A stretch of DNA of 64,000 nt. Source: Azolla caroliniana. Lineage: Eukaryota; Plantae; Polypodiophyta. The position numbers and the translations under genes are program-made. Where the stretch lies: NCBI GenBank assembly GCA_043228905.1, contig JBHGNT010000008.1, forward strand, positions 992,001 to 1,056,000, given 5' to 3'. The notes under the pieces are model-generated. The model did not search any database and had not been told where the DNA came from. It was given only the letters and a program-made list of their open reading frames with translations. Positions 34,961 through 48,800 of this stretch are shown one piece after another; within the stretch, counting starts at the first letter, position 1; every line of letters begins with the position of its first letter.

Positions 34961-37900
34961 ATATACTAAGCCCTAACTCTTTGGACGAGTTCACACTAGG
35001 ATACAAAATGTAAGGAGTCTTCCTTTTATGCAAACCAACTCCCTTGTAAAAGGACTACTCTTTTCTACATGTGCAAGTGTTTGGGATTATCTCCCTCGTA
35101 AACCTAGATTAGAAAACTAATCTAAATTTATGTTACAAGTCGGTCGACATATAGCCGAGTTGGTAGAGATGAGGTCTGTGTCAAGCCTACCCTGGCTCAT
35201 TATCATGATTGACTTGGTCGACTCTTACCTTCTGCTCCTCGTTCAACTTTCTTCTGCTCGGTCGCTTGTCGTAGTCCCATTCTGGTCCTGAGTGCTCCGA
35301 AGCGTTGATATGGGAGTGGCTTCGTTAGGCAATCGATGATGTTCACCTCGGTGTCGATCTTTCGGACTTCGAGCCTCTTCTCAGTTATGAGCTCCCGGAT
35401 GTGATGATACCGCGCCTCAATATGCTTTGTCTTTGCGTGATAGACAAAATTGTTGATGAGATGTATTGCGCTCTATGAGTCGCAATAAATGGTCGACATT
35501 GGTCGGTTGATTCGGCCTATCGCTGAAAAATCACCAGATAGTTGGTGCAACCAGATCGCTTCCTTCGCTACCTCTGATGTTCCTATGTACTCGGCCTCTA
35601 TGGTCGACAGACCTGTGCACTCTTGAAGTTTTGACCTCCATGATATTGCTTGATGTTGACTTTTAATTGTCCGTATTTCCGGCATAGTCGAAGTTAGTGT
35701 AGAATTCATCTTCGGTTGAGGTTGTCAAACCAAAAATCAGTTGTGCATCCATGGTTCCTTTTAGATACCTAAAGATGTGCTTGACGGCTTCTCAATGCTT
35801 CCGTCCTAGATTCGATATGTACCGGCTGACCACCCCTACGACATAGGGTAGATCGGGTCGGGTCGCCACCATTGCGTACATGATACTTCCTATGGCCGAT
35901 GCATAGGGCATCTTTTCATTAAGCTCTCTCTCCTTGTTTGTTGAAGGAGAGGCTCTGTCCAATAGTCTGATCGACACCGGAAGCGGTGTTGGTGCTGGCT
36001 TGACATTCTCCATGTTGAAATGCTTTAGCAACTTTCGGATGTAGTCGGATTGGGAGAGTTGGAGAATCTTGGTCGTCCGATTTCGCTCGATCCTCATGCC
36101 TAGTATGTGACAGGCTTGTCCGAGTTCCTTCATCGCAAACTTGTTATGAAGGATCCGCTTCAACTTTCCAATCTCTGGTTGATTGCTTCCTGGAATCAAC
36201 ATGTCATCGACGTATAGGATCATGTAAATCCTAGACTCGTCAGCCAGTTGCTAAATGTACATGCATGGGTGGGAGTTTGATCGGCAGTATCAAAGTTGTC
36301 TGATGTATCAAACTTTTGGTACGACATCCTCGGTGCTTGTTTCAAGCCATAAAGACTTTTCTTCAGGCGACATATGAGGTGACTTTCCTCCCCCGTTGCC
36401 GTGAAGCCTACCGCTTCAGACATATAAATGTCTTCTTCCAGATCTCCGTGTAGAAATGTCGTCTTTACATCTAGCTGCTTTAGCTCTAGGTCTTCTGTCG
36501 CCACAACTCTTAGTAGGAGTCTCAGGTTGGTCATCTTTAGTACTAGTGAGAATATCTCGTCGTAGTTGACCCCGTGTTCTTGTTTGAACCCTTTCGCGAC
36601 AACCTGAGCTTTGTACTTGGGTTTCTTTGAGTCAGAAACATATTTGTATCGGAAAACCCATTTGCAAGGTAGCGGCTTTCTTCCAACTAGTAGTTCGACC
36701 AGTTCCCATGTCTAATTCTTGTGAATCGAGTCCATTTCGGATTTCATGGCTTGTAGCCATGTTTCGGCGTCCGGTGCGGCCATAACTTCTTTATATGTGT
36801 TTGGTTCGCCTGCATCGATGTAATTGACATAGTCGAGGTCCGGTTGCTAGAACTCTGTCAGCCTTCGAGCTCGTCCACATCTCTTGGGTGGCAAAATAAC
36901 TGGTTCGGATTCTTCGATCGGCTCTATTGGTTGATCGGTATTTGTTGAACCATTTGTGTAAGTATTCTTGTTAGATGATCCGCCCCCAAGTTGGGATTTC
37001 GGTGGTGTCACGTTGTCCTACCCTATGGATTTTGTTGACTCAGTTCTGTTTCCAACTCACATCTTGTGGACTTTGCTTTGTTCGACTCTTGTCGACTCAA
37101 TTTTTTCTTTGATGGCTTTGTCTTCGAGTTCGACTAGTGGACCTCCTACCGATTCGGTGTCGGCAGGTATGTTGTCGGCTTGGTCGAGTTCAACTGTATG
37201 TCGAATCTCCGATTCGGCTTGATGGGACGGTCCTTCTACGACATCTCTATCCCCTTCAAAGGATACCTTTTTACCAACTATTTTCTGCTGGTTCCGGTGA
37301 GAGAAGATAGAGTCTGCGTTGAAGACTACATCGCTGCTCCGGATCAGTTTCTGGTTCGTCGGGTCCCATAGTCTATAGCCGAAGTCCCCATCGGTTCCAT
37401 CGCATGGGGTGCTAACTTGGTCCTTTTCTTCCTGGGGATAAACGTGAAGACTACACATCTGAATATATGGAGCCTATCGTAGGTCGGCTATTTCCTTGAC
37501 CATAATGCATGCGGCACTTCGAGCCTGATTGCTCTCAATGACGACATGTTTATCAAGTATACTGCCATCTGCAATGCCTCAACCCAAAACTCCAACTTTA
37601 GTCCAGCTTGTTGGAGCATTGTTGTCACCCTCTCCTGGATTGTTCGGTTAATCCGTTCTGCCACTCCATTCTGCATGGATGTGTAAGGAACGGTCTTTTG
37701 ATGCCAGATCCCTTTGTCAGATAGGTACTGTTTGAAGGCTCTAGATGTATATTGTCCTCCATCGGGTTCTCCACTTCAGATGTTCACTGAGTGAATACCT
37801 CGAGTGCTTCATCTTTGGACCATATCGAGTAGTCCTAGACCTTCCGCATACAGTCATCTACAAATGTGATGAAGTATCGGGAGACTCCTAGGGATCACTT

Positions 37901-39822
37901 TGGCATAGGCCCAGATATATCTATGTGCACGAGTTCTAGGGGTTGTCGTATCATCTCGTAGTGGAGAGAGTGTGCACATCGGGTCTGTTTCCTGTATCGA
38001 CAATGCTCCCAGAAGTCCATCTTTACTTGGAGTTTACGGATGTAGCCTACCACCATCAACCAATTGAGTCCGGCTTGAGACATATGACCAAGTCGACCAT
38101 GCCATAGGTTCGGGTCGGTTTTTTCAGCTACATTCACGGCCCCTTCTGGATTTATCGCCATCATTGGATACAAGTTGTTGTACTTGTGCCCGCTTCCAAT
38201 CTTTAGATTTCCGCGGTTAATCATCCATGTTGACTCATCAAGAGTCGTTCGGTACCCGTCTTCGGCAACATGCCGATGGAGACCAGACTCCATTTCAGAT
38301 CAGGTATGTGCCGGACTTGGTGCAGGGTGATCATGTTGCCATGGGAAATCGGATGGGAACCTCTTTTGTCCTTGTGATTTTGCACTTTTTCCTGTTGCCT
38401 AGTCGAACTGTGCTGCCGGCGTCAGCTGAATTGTTCGAAAACCATTCAATATTAGGGGTCACGTGGAATGCGGCACCAGAATCCAGTAACCACGTGTGTG
38501 CATCTTATGCACTATAGAGGACTTCTCTGATCATTGAATCCTCTATGGAGAGAATTTTTCTAGATCGGGTGTTGGCAACGTTAATTTGATTGTTAGCTGG
38601 AGAGTGGTCCGAGTCGGGTCGTCCTCGATTCTGCCTGGATCGCCGGACACTCTCTTTGCTCTTGATTGACCAACAGTCGTAAAGAGTGTGGCCAACTTTT
38701 CTGCAATGTGTGCAAAATTCACCTGATCGGCCCGTTCTCAACTTCCACTATTGTCGATCTCCCCTCGTTTTCGATCGACAATGGTGTTGACCGGCTTTGT
38801 CAACCTGTTCTCTAGATTGACTCAATTGGTCGACTGACTTGGTCGAGTGGTGGGCTTCTGCCGACTCATCGATGGTGAGTCCCATTGATTTTCACCGAAT
38901 GTCTGTGGTGAGGACTTGGCCGATTGTCTCATCCAAGTTTAGGATCGGTCAACTGTTGCCATATGTCATGCAGAATACCTCCCAGCTCGCCGACAAGCAT
39001 GCTAGGAGGGTAAGGACGTTCACTTCTTCTTTGAAGTTGATCCCTTGTGAGGAGAGTTCTGACAACACCCAGCTGAAGGTGTTGATGTGGATGTAGCCGG
39101 ATCGGTCTCTCTCATCTTCATGTTGAACAGTTGTTTGATCAAGATTAGTTTTGAAGATGAGGATTTTTTCTCATACACGGCTTGTAGCTTTTCCCACAAT
39201 GAGAACGTTGTCTTCTCTTTTGCCATGCTGAAGTAGACATTTTCGAACAAATGCATTCGGATGGTGAAGCATGCGATTTCGTTTGTAGATCTCCACTCTT
39301 CGGTTGTCATTAAGGCAGTTTTTTCCCTGTGTTGAATGGCTTCAACTTTTCTTCTGATGATCAACACGTCTTGCATCATCTCCTTCCATAGGGCAAAGTT
39401 TTTGCCATCGAATTTTCTGATTTCAACTTCTGTTCCGGATGTTGAAGCCATGTTCTTCTTTGAATGTGAGAATTTACTGACCTGGTCTTTTTCCTTTCAG
39501 GATTTTCTGTTGTTTGTTGCCGCCAAGCCGTGGATCACTCTGATACCAGTTGAAGGGTAGATATGCACGGAAACGTATGTGAGGATTTGTTGTTGTGTTT
39601 AGCAAACAACATAGAAGGAAAACAAGAGAATGGACAGAAGATATACGCAGTTTAGCTTAAATGGAAGCTTTGTTATTACGTTCTCTCTCTCTCAGAGTCA
39701 TTGTACAAGAATGATCAAGAGCTACCTTTACAACGTTAGGTTATCGCTTATATACTAAGCCCTAACTCTTTGGACGAGTTCACACTAGGATACAAAATGG
39801 AAGGAGTCGGCCTTTTATGCCA
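34961..39822 (-). mobile_element. Degenerate Tnt1-like Ty1/Copia element with partial LTRs
   Basis: PBS revcomp 39537-39548; gag 39020-39451; integrase, RT (QLDVKT, YVDDM) and RNase H fragments; 34961-35030 repeats 39750-39820. Confidence 0.88.
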
Positions 39823-42800
39823 ATAGCTTCATCATGAAGGAAGGCCGACTCATCGCTCATGGTCGAAGGTAAAGCCGAATATTTATCCTCGAATCGAATG
39901 AGGTAAAATCTGCAATGTTTGCAAAGTGCCTGAAAGTCGACACCGACATAGAGCTATGGCACAAAAGAATTGGCCATATCAATATCAACAAACTCAAGGG
40001 CATGCAATCGAAAGGATTCATCATTGGACTTCTAACATGTAAAGAGAAAGAGATTGAAGGAGTATGTGGAGCTTGCCAATTTGGCAAGCAACATCGGCAC
40101 CCATTTCCAAAAGAGAGAAATGTGAGCAAAGGACTTCTAGATGTGATCCACTCGGATGTGTGTGGACCGCCATAGAAGGCCATATTCAGAGGATGTCGGT
40201 ACTATGTTACCTTCATCGACAACTTCTCTAGATACACATGGATCTTTCACATGAGGATAAAGAGCGAAGTGTTTACACACTTCCAAAAATTCAAAAGCAA
40301 AGTCGAAAAGACAATTGGCCACCATGTATGATGTCTTTAGTCAGACGGAGGAAAGGAATACTTCTCCGATGCATTCACGGAATACCTTCACCAAGAAGGA
40401 ATTTGGTGAGAATTCACTTGCTGACACATACCGCTATAGAATGTTGTAGCTGAACGCAAGAATCTGCACATCCTCATAGTAGCATGGGCCATGCTAAACG
40501 AGAAGCATATGCCAAAGTCATATTGCGCAGAAGCTGCAAATACCGTTGTCTACCTCATGAACCAGTGCACAACATTTGGAGTGCATGAGGTCACTCCTCA
40601 TGAGGACATTAATGCAAAGAAGCCGGATCTATCCCACGTAAGGATATTTGGCTCAATCGCATACGTGCATATTCCCTACAAAAGCGGCAAAAGCTAAATC
40701 CCAAGTCGGAGAAGTGTATCCTCGTAGGGTACTCACTAGAGAAAAAGGGGTACAAGTGCTTCAACCCCTCCACTTGGAAGGTTCGTGTATGTCGGGACAT
40801 CGTCTTTGACGAATCAACATCATGGTGTGAACTGGAGCTGACTCCTCATGAATCATGTCAAGTCGACCCAAACTTGGCCAACCAAGAGATAGAAGACGAA
40901 GATAAACTACGGCATATGTTCAACGAAAGTCCGATCACCACTAGGCTTAGTGGGCCACAAGAGTTGCCAACCGACCAGAGCACATCTTGGCCAAGTCCTA
41001 AGATGGACAAAGGCAAGACCAAAATGCCAGAATATGAAGACCATCAATTCGACGATAACGAATTGACTCAGTCACTCGACAATGAGTTTGGTGGCTTTGA
41101 TGTACCTCTTATGAGGTCACTGGGAGTTAAGAAAGCACTCACATCGACAAATGAGAAACTCCAATGCTCCACCCGAGAGAAGAATCCTGTTAGCTGATTC
41201 GACGACAATGATTATATGGCATACCACTATGCCTTTATGATGTAGGTGGGAGCAAATCGTGAACCAGAGACGTTTGCTGAAGCTGCGAAGGATCCACAAT
41301 GGGTCGAAGTATTGAACGAGGAGATGCAGGCATTATGCAATAACGAGACATGGGATCTCGTTCCCTACTCACCTCAGAAGAAGGCAATTGGCTCCAGATG
41401 GATTTACAAAGTGAAGTGTAATACTGACGGCTCCATCAATCACTACAAAGCCCGACTCGTAGTGAAGGGATATGCACAAACACATGGAGTCGACTATGAA
41501 GAGACCTTTGACCCAGTGGCAACCATGACGACTATGCGAACGGTGGTTGCATTTTGTACGGAAATAACGCTCTACCACAACCGAGTCTTCAACAAGGAAT
41601 AGAAGAGAACAAACTAAAACCGAGATGACACAAGATGTTTACGTGGAAAATCCTAATCGGGAAAAACCACGAGAGCCCACAGACTCCAACTATCACTATG
41701 AGAGGAGGAATACAAAGTGAGACTCAGAGGCAACGACCTTGAGCTCTATGTCTTCTCCAATGGCAGTTACAAATAGAAAACTAGTTTTGTACATCTCTCT
41801 CTCTCTCTCTCTCTCTCACTCCGTGTATACAAGAATTTATTCAACAACCTATATAAAGTGATTGCCCTAGGTCATATTTATACTTATACGACTTTAGGGA
41901 TGGGATACGCACAAACACATGGAGTCGACTATGAAGAGACCTTTGACCCAGCGGCAAGCATGACGACTATGCAAACCGTGATTGCATTTTGTACGGAAAT
42001 AACGCTCTACCACAACCGAGTCTTCAACTTGGAATACAAGAGAACAAACTAAAACCGAGATGACACAGGATGTTTACGTGGAAAACCCTAAACAGGAAAA
42101 ACCACGGGAGCCCACAGACTCCAAGTATCACTATGAGAGGAGGAATACAAAGTGAGACTCAGAGGCAACGACCTTGAGCTCTATGTCTTCGCCAATGGCG
42201 GTTACAAACAGAAAACTAGTTCTGTACATCTCTCTCTCTCTGTATATAAGAAGTTATTCAACAACCTATATAAAGTGATTGCCCTAAGTCATATTTATAC
42301 TTATACGAATTTAGGGGTATTTACAAATATAGCCTTGGTGGGCTTATCCAAACATATTTATAAATGTCATTGGATCTGGTTCGCACCAGATCCATCTGGA
42401 TTCACTAGTTCCGGTTTCCGGATCTTATCTGGAACCCTTCCGAATCCGGCTCCTCCGGTTCTCATCTGTATCCCATCTGGAGGGACCGAATTCCCAACAA
42501 ACTCCCCCTTCACTCCGGCATGGGATTTGTCGTCAATCCGATCCGTCTTCAGCATGCTTCCAGCTTGTCGGTTAGAAGCACCTTGGTCAGCTTGTCTGAT
42601 CCGTTCTCCTTCGTGTGGATCTTCGTCAACACGAAGTCTTGATCTTCTTCTCTCTCCCGGATCCAGTGATACCTCCGTTGGATGTGCTTCATCCAGGAAT
42701 GGTATGTCGAGTTCTTTGCAAGGTGGATGGCACTTTGACTATCACAATAGAGCCGGTATCCCTAGCTCTATGATGAAGTCCTTCATCTAGATTACTTCCT

Positions 42801-45800
42801 TGCGGGCTTCCACAACTACTATATACTCTGCTTCTGTTGTTGATAGTGCAACAGACTTTTGCAACCTCGACTACCACGATACGACTCCCCCTCCATATGT
42901 CATGACGTATCTAGATGTGGACTGGATGGTATCCGCATCAGCCGACATATCCAAATCTGTAAAACCTACCAATTGGGGTTAACTTGAGCCAAATCGGAGG
43001 CACATACTCGAGGTACCTTTCAAATACCGGAGTATCCTTTTGACTGCGTTCTAGTGCTCTCTTCCCAGATTGCTCATGAACCGGCTAACAACTCCGACAA
43101 CATATGCAATATCCGGCTGGGTGTACCCCATTGCATACATTAGGCTTCCAATGGTAGAGGCATATGGTATCTTTGTCATATCCGACTTCTCTGCCTTTGT
43201 CTTCAGGGCTTTGCTTTCCGGACAGATTGCAGTTTGATGGAAGTGTAGATCCAACCGGTTTTGCCTCCGACATGTTGAACCGTTGAAGCACCTTTGTCAT
43301 GTACTTCTCCTGTGACAACCACAACAACTTCTTTGACCGGTCCCGGATGATGTGCATCCCCAAAATCTGTCTTGCTGGACCCAAGTCTTTCATTAAGAAG
43401 GTTCGGTTCAGGGCCTTCTTCAACATTCGTATCTTGACTTGGTCTCATCTGACGATCAACATGTTGTCCACGTACAGGAGCAATATTAGGGGATCTCCTC
43501 CGTCAAATTTCTTCACAAACACGCAGTGATCGGCTTGCGTCTTGTGGTACCCTTGATCGTTCAGGATGGAGTTGAACTTTCGGTACCATTGCCAGGGAGA
43601 TTGCTTCAAACTGTATAAGCTCTTCTTCAACCGGCACACTAGGTGCTCCTTCCCTTTCTTCTCAAATCCTTCCGGTTGTTGCATGTAGATCTCCTCCTTG
43701 AGCACCCTATGGGAAAACGACGTGTTGATGTCTAATTTCTCTACCTCGAGGTCCATGCTTGCTGCTATGCTCAACAATGTCTGGATGGAGGTCATCTTGA
43801 CTATCAGGGCAAAGATCTCATTGAAATCCACTCCTTTCTTCTGTTTGAACCCCTTGACCACGATCTGGGTCTTGTACCTTGGTTGATTTCCGGCGTCTCC
43901 CCGTTCCAGCTTGTAGACCCACTTGTTTCGGAGTGCCCTCTTTCCTTTCGGCAACTCCGTCAGTTCATATGTGTGGTTCTCAGCCAGGGAATCCATCTCG
44001 TCCTGCATGGCACTTAACCACTTGCGGTTGTGGGTGTCATTCCTTGCTTCTTCGAAGCTTTCTGGCTTCCCCTCGTCGGTTCACAATACATGCTCTGCAT
44101 CCGGAAATCTCTTGGGGGCTTTTCTTTCCCTTAGTGGATATCTCCGATGTTGGTCTTCGGCAACCGGTTCTTCCATCTGTTCCTCTTCCGAATCCATTTC
44201 GGGGTCTTGTCTAGTTCCGGTTTCAGCTTCCTCTTCTTCTTCTTCGGTCGGTTCTGTTTCTACTTTGAATCCGGCTAGTTCTTCAAGTGTCATCCAGATT
44301 CCGGCAGGATGGGTCCTTAGTTCCTTGAGCTGATCTTTGCCTTTCGACCCGAAATTCATTATCTTCTTCTCCTATTCCCAGTCGGCAATGGTCTTATCCT
44401 CCATGAAGATAATTTCCCGACTACGGAAGACCCTCTTGTCGACTAGGTCCCACACTTGGTAGCTGAACTCGTCGTCACCATATCCGAGGAATATGCATGC
44501 CCGGGACTTCGGATCCAACTTTGCTCTCTTGTCCATTGCAACATGCACATATGCAAGACACCCGAACACCTTCATATGCCGGTAAGACACATATTTATCG
44601 GTCCATACTCTCTATCGTGTGTCTCCATCCAAGTGTATTGAGGGTGATCTGTTAATCACGTACATCGCCGTCATCAACGCCTCAACCCAAAAAGTCTTGG
44701 GTAACTTTGCATGTGCCAGCATGCTCTAGACTCTCTCCATTATGTTCCGGTTCATCCATTCGGCCAACCCGTTCAATTCCGGTGTCTTCAGCATGGTGAA
44801 TATGAGCCGGGTTCCCTTCGACCGACAGTACTCCGCGAACTGCCTTTGGTATTCTCCTCTATTATCTACTCGAACCGCCTTCAGCTTCTGGTCGGTTTCT
44901 ATTTCCACTCTTGCGTGGAGCTCCTTGAAGACAGATAACACCTGATCCTTCGTCTTCAATGGTGAGACTCACAACTTCCGACTGAGTTCATCTATGAACG
45001 TCACGAAGTACTTCAATCTGGCCTATGACTTCGTGTCCACTTGACACACATCGGTATGCACTAGCTCCAGTGGTGCATTCCGTCTCATCGGTGGTCTTGA
45101 CCAGAAGGAGGTTCGGTTTTGCTTGTTGGCCAAGCAATCGGTGCACTTCTCAAGATGCATGTATTTCACCTCCGGAATGAGGTTATCTTCGACAAGTTTT
45201 CTCATCCCCTTCTGGCTCATGTGACATAGTCTCTTGTGCCACAACTCACCGGCAGTGTCGGATACTACGTTCACTTCTTCCCGGCCTATCTAGGCATTCA
45301 ACAGGTACAATCTCTTGATCTTCCAGGATCAGGCTACGATCAAGCTCCCTTTGCTGAGCTTCGTGACTCCGCTTCGGATGCTACCCGTGTAGCCTTCATC
45401 ATCTAGCTGACCTGTTGATATCAGGTTCAACCGAACCTCCGGAACATGTCAGACATCCTTCAGTAGTAACTTGCACCCAATTGATGTCGTCAACCACACA
45501 TCCTTTAGTAATAACTTGCATCTGGTGCAACGTGCTGATCTTTCAGCCTCAAGCCACGATCAGGCTTCCTTTGCTGAATTTCATGACTCCGTTCTGGATG
45601 CTACCTGTGTAGCCTTCATCATCTAGCCGATCGAATGATATCAGGTTCAACCGAACCTCTGGAACATGTCAGACATCCTTCAGCAGCAGCTTGCACCCGG
45701 TTGATGTCGTCAACCACAAATCTCCTATGCCGACAATTCGGCATGCACCTTCATTCCCCATCCGAACACAATCGTGATTACTGACTGTGTAGGACGAGAA

Positions 45801-48800
45801 GCATCTTCGGTCCGGTGTCAAATGAAACAACGCTCTGGAATCGACAACCCACGTTGTCTCATCGCCGACAAGATTTAACTCATTCTCCTCAGTGATGAGC
45901 AATAATTCTTCTTCACTTGTCGCGATGGCCGACGTTCCTTTCCGATCCAAGCATCTCCGGTTTGAACCGTTTCGGTCCGAACTCTTCTTCGACTTCGTAC
46001 TGTTGGTCCCTTTCTCTTTCCGGAAATGCCAACAATTCTTTTGGAAGTGACCCGGCTTTCCCCAATAAAAGCAAGTGGGCCTTCCTCTTGACTTCGATCT
46101 CGCCCCCTATTTGTCTCGGTCTTGGGGACTCCGATACCGGCCTCTTCCCCAGTTATGGTCATCTTCCGTGACCAAGTCCTTTGGATCGGTTCTTGACTCT
46201 CGGTCCTTCCAACGAGCTTCTTCATCTAGCAAGCTTGATTTTACCATTGCTAGGGACAACTGCTTTCCTTCCGGCCCGGCGTTGCCCAAAGTGACAAATA
46301 GCGTCTCCCAACTATCCGGGAGGGAACCGAGCACGAGCAATGCAAGTATCTCTCGACAAGAGGTACTTCAAGCGAAGTTTTTTGATTTATAAGCCCTTGA
46401 AATGCGTTCATATGCTCCGTCATGCTGGATCCATCCTGGTACGAAAGTCTCACTAGCTTCTAGAATACTGAAACATGATTTACGGTGTTTTTACTCTCCA
46501 GCATGGTGCCGATTTTCTCCCAAAGCACATGAGCCTTACTTTCTTCATTGAAGTTTTTATATAGGTTCATATCGATGAAAGCACCGGATGCACACCGTTG
46601 TCTTCATGTGCATCACTGTTGAGAGACAAGCTCAACATCGGCCGGATCGGCTGAAGAAGCCGAGGACCGGATCGGTTGGCACCGATCGGTTAGGCCGAGT
46701 GCGTAAACCGGGAGGCCGTTAGGAAAGATATTCCGTGAGGAATATATTTAGGAGTTAGTGTAGGAGCTCTTAAAGAGCATTGAAGTACGGTCAATACTTC
46801 TGTCAGTCCTTCGAGGACTTGTATAAAAGTGTTCATGGAACACACATATGTATAGAGCGTGGTGAATAGAGATTTTAATATACTTCTTGTGTTTTCTCTC
46901 TCTCACTCTCTCTGTCTCTCCCGCGTATTCTGCGTAAGCTCAAGCTCTCTATTAAACCTGAGTTTTCTTCCTTCTGTTCTGTCTTCATACTTGCTTCCGC
47001 ACGCTACTTTTTACATGGTATCAGAGCGCGAGGGTTGAGAACCTCTCTGCAGCCGACACAGCTTGACGAAGAAGAACAAGAAGAACGATCGATAGAGGCA
47101 TGGCGAGCTCGCTTCCAACAGAGAAGCTCGATAGAACCAACTATGCGTCTTGGTCCTACAAGATGCACCAGTACCTGCTCGGGCACGGCTACTGGAGTTA
47201 CGTCGAAGGAGCTAATGACGTGGCACCCGAATCGACACACAGAGACTTCCCGTCGTGGGAGCAATCGGCGAGCAGGGTATTATACTGCTTCGCGTCGTGT
47301 GTGGGCGAACAGCTATTGAGCTATGTTCGGGATGCAAAGACGGCGAAGGGTGCGTGGGAAAATCTGAAGAAGATTTTCGCCGCGAGCACCACAGCCAGGA
47401 AGCTTCAGCTCTGACAGGAGTTGAGCAACCTACGACAACACGACTTGTCGGTGGTGGACTATACTTCGAAGATCAAGGATATCTGCAACTCCCTCGCCTC
47501 CATAGAGGTGAACATCGAGGAGAGCGAGATGGTTCAGATCTGTCTCGGAGGTTTGACGTCGAAGTTCGGAGCGTTCCGAACGGCTGTGTGTACCCGGGAG
47601 AATACGCCGTCCTTTTTCTACTTACAGTCAATGCTCCTGGTAGAGGAGAACCACGCGGGTGCATCTACAAGCACGCACACCGACAGCAGAATGCTGTACA
47701 CGGAGGGAGATAGGCCCCGTGGACGTGGAGGACGAGGCGAGTCGGCGGGCAATGGAGGCGGCCGACGAGATCAAGGAAGAAGGCACCGAAGTGATGCCGA
47801 CAGCAACTCCAGACCCTCCGGAAACAGGGGGAGTCGAAGCGATGAGAACCGGAAAGGGAAGGCCATCGCGGAGTGCTGGTACTGTGGCAAGAAAGGCCAC
47901 AAGGAAAGTGAGTGCTGGAAGAAGCGCGCCGATTTAGAGAGAACCGGTTCCGGAAACGGCTCCGGACACGCGCCGATTCAGAGAGAACCGGTTCCGGAAA
48001 CGGCTCCGGACATACCGACAAGGGAAATCGGCAGCGATCGCACTACGCCGAAGACTCCGGGAGAGCCGGAGAAGGGTCTGCCTTCGTGACGAGACACGAA
48101 GCAAACTCAATGAAACGGACCACCCCGAGATCGGATGAGGTGTGGTACGTAGACTCCGGCGAGTCAAACCACATGACGAGCCATAAGGAGTGGTTCTCGT
48201 ACCTTGAAAAACCGATACAACTTTGGAGTAGTCGCAACTGGAGACGACACTCCGCATCCGATCGCGAATGTCAGAGAAGTTCCCCTTAGCCATGTCGGGC
48301 AAAAAGGGAAACTCATGAACGTGTTGCACGTTTCGACAATCATGAAGAACTTGGTCTCGGTTGGATAGATCGTCGACCAAGGGATGGAGGTTCGGTTTAC
48401 ACACCTCGGGTGCTTCATTGAGGAAGAAGGCCGTGTGATTGCGCAAGGGCGCAGAGACGGGAGGATGTTCATCCTCGACTCCACTAACGGCGGCACCGCA
48501 ATGTCCGCGAAGGGAAGAAAAACCGAGTCGGACATCGACTTGTGGCACAAGCGGATAGGCCACGTCAACTACCAGCGGCTTCAAGATCTGCAATCGAAAC
48601 AGGTAGTGTTCAGATTGCCCAAATTTAGTGGCCGAAAGGCACAAATTTGTGAAGCCTGCCAGCTCGGGAAGCAACACTGACTTCCTTTCCCCAAGGAGCA
48701 AAACCGGAGCTGGAACAAGCTCGACCTTATACAATCCGATGTGTGGGGGCCGGCACAAAACGTTAGTCTTGGCGGGAGCCGATATTTCGTCTCCTTCATT

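Noticed and set aside
47925-48012. Programmed frameshift in Copia gag
   Set aside because: A 44-bp tandem duplication that breaks the frame; the related element at 1-2483 lacks it
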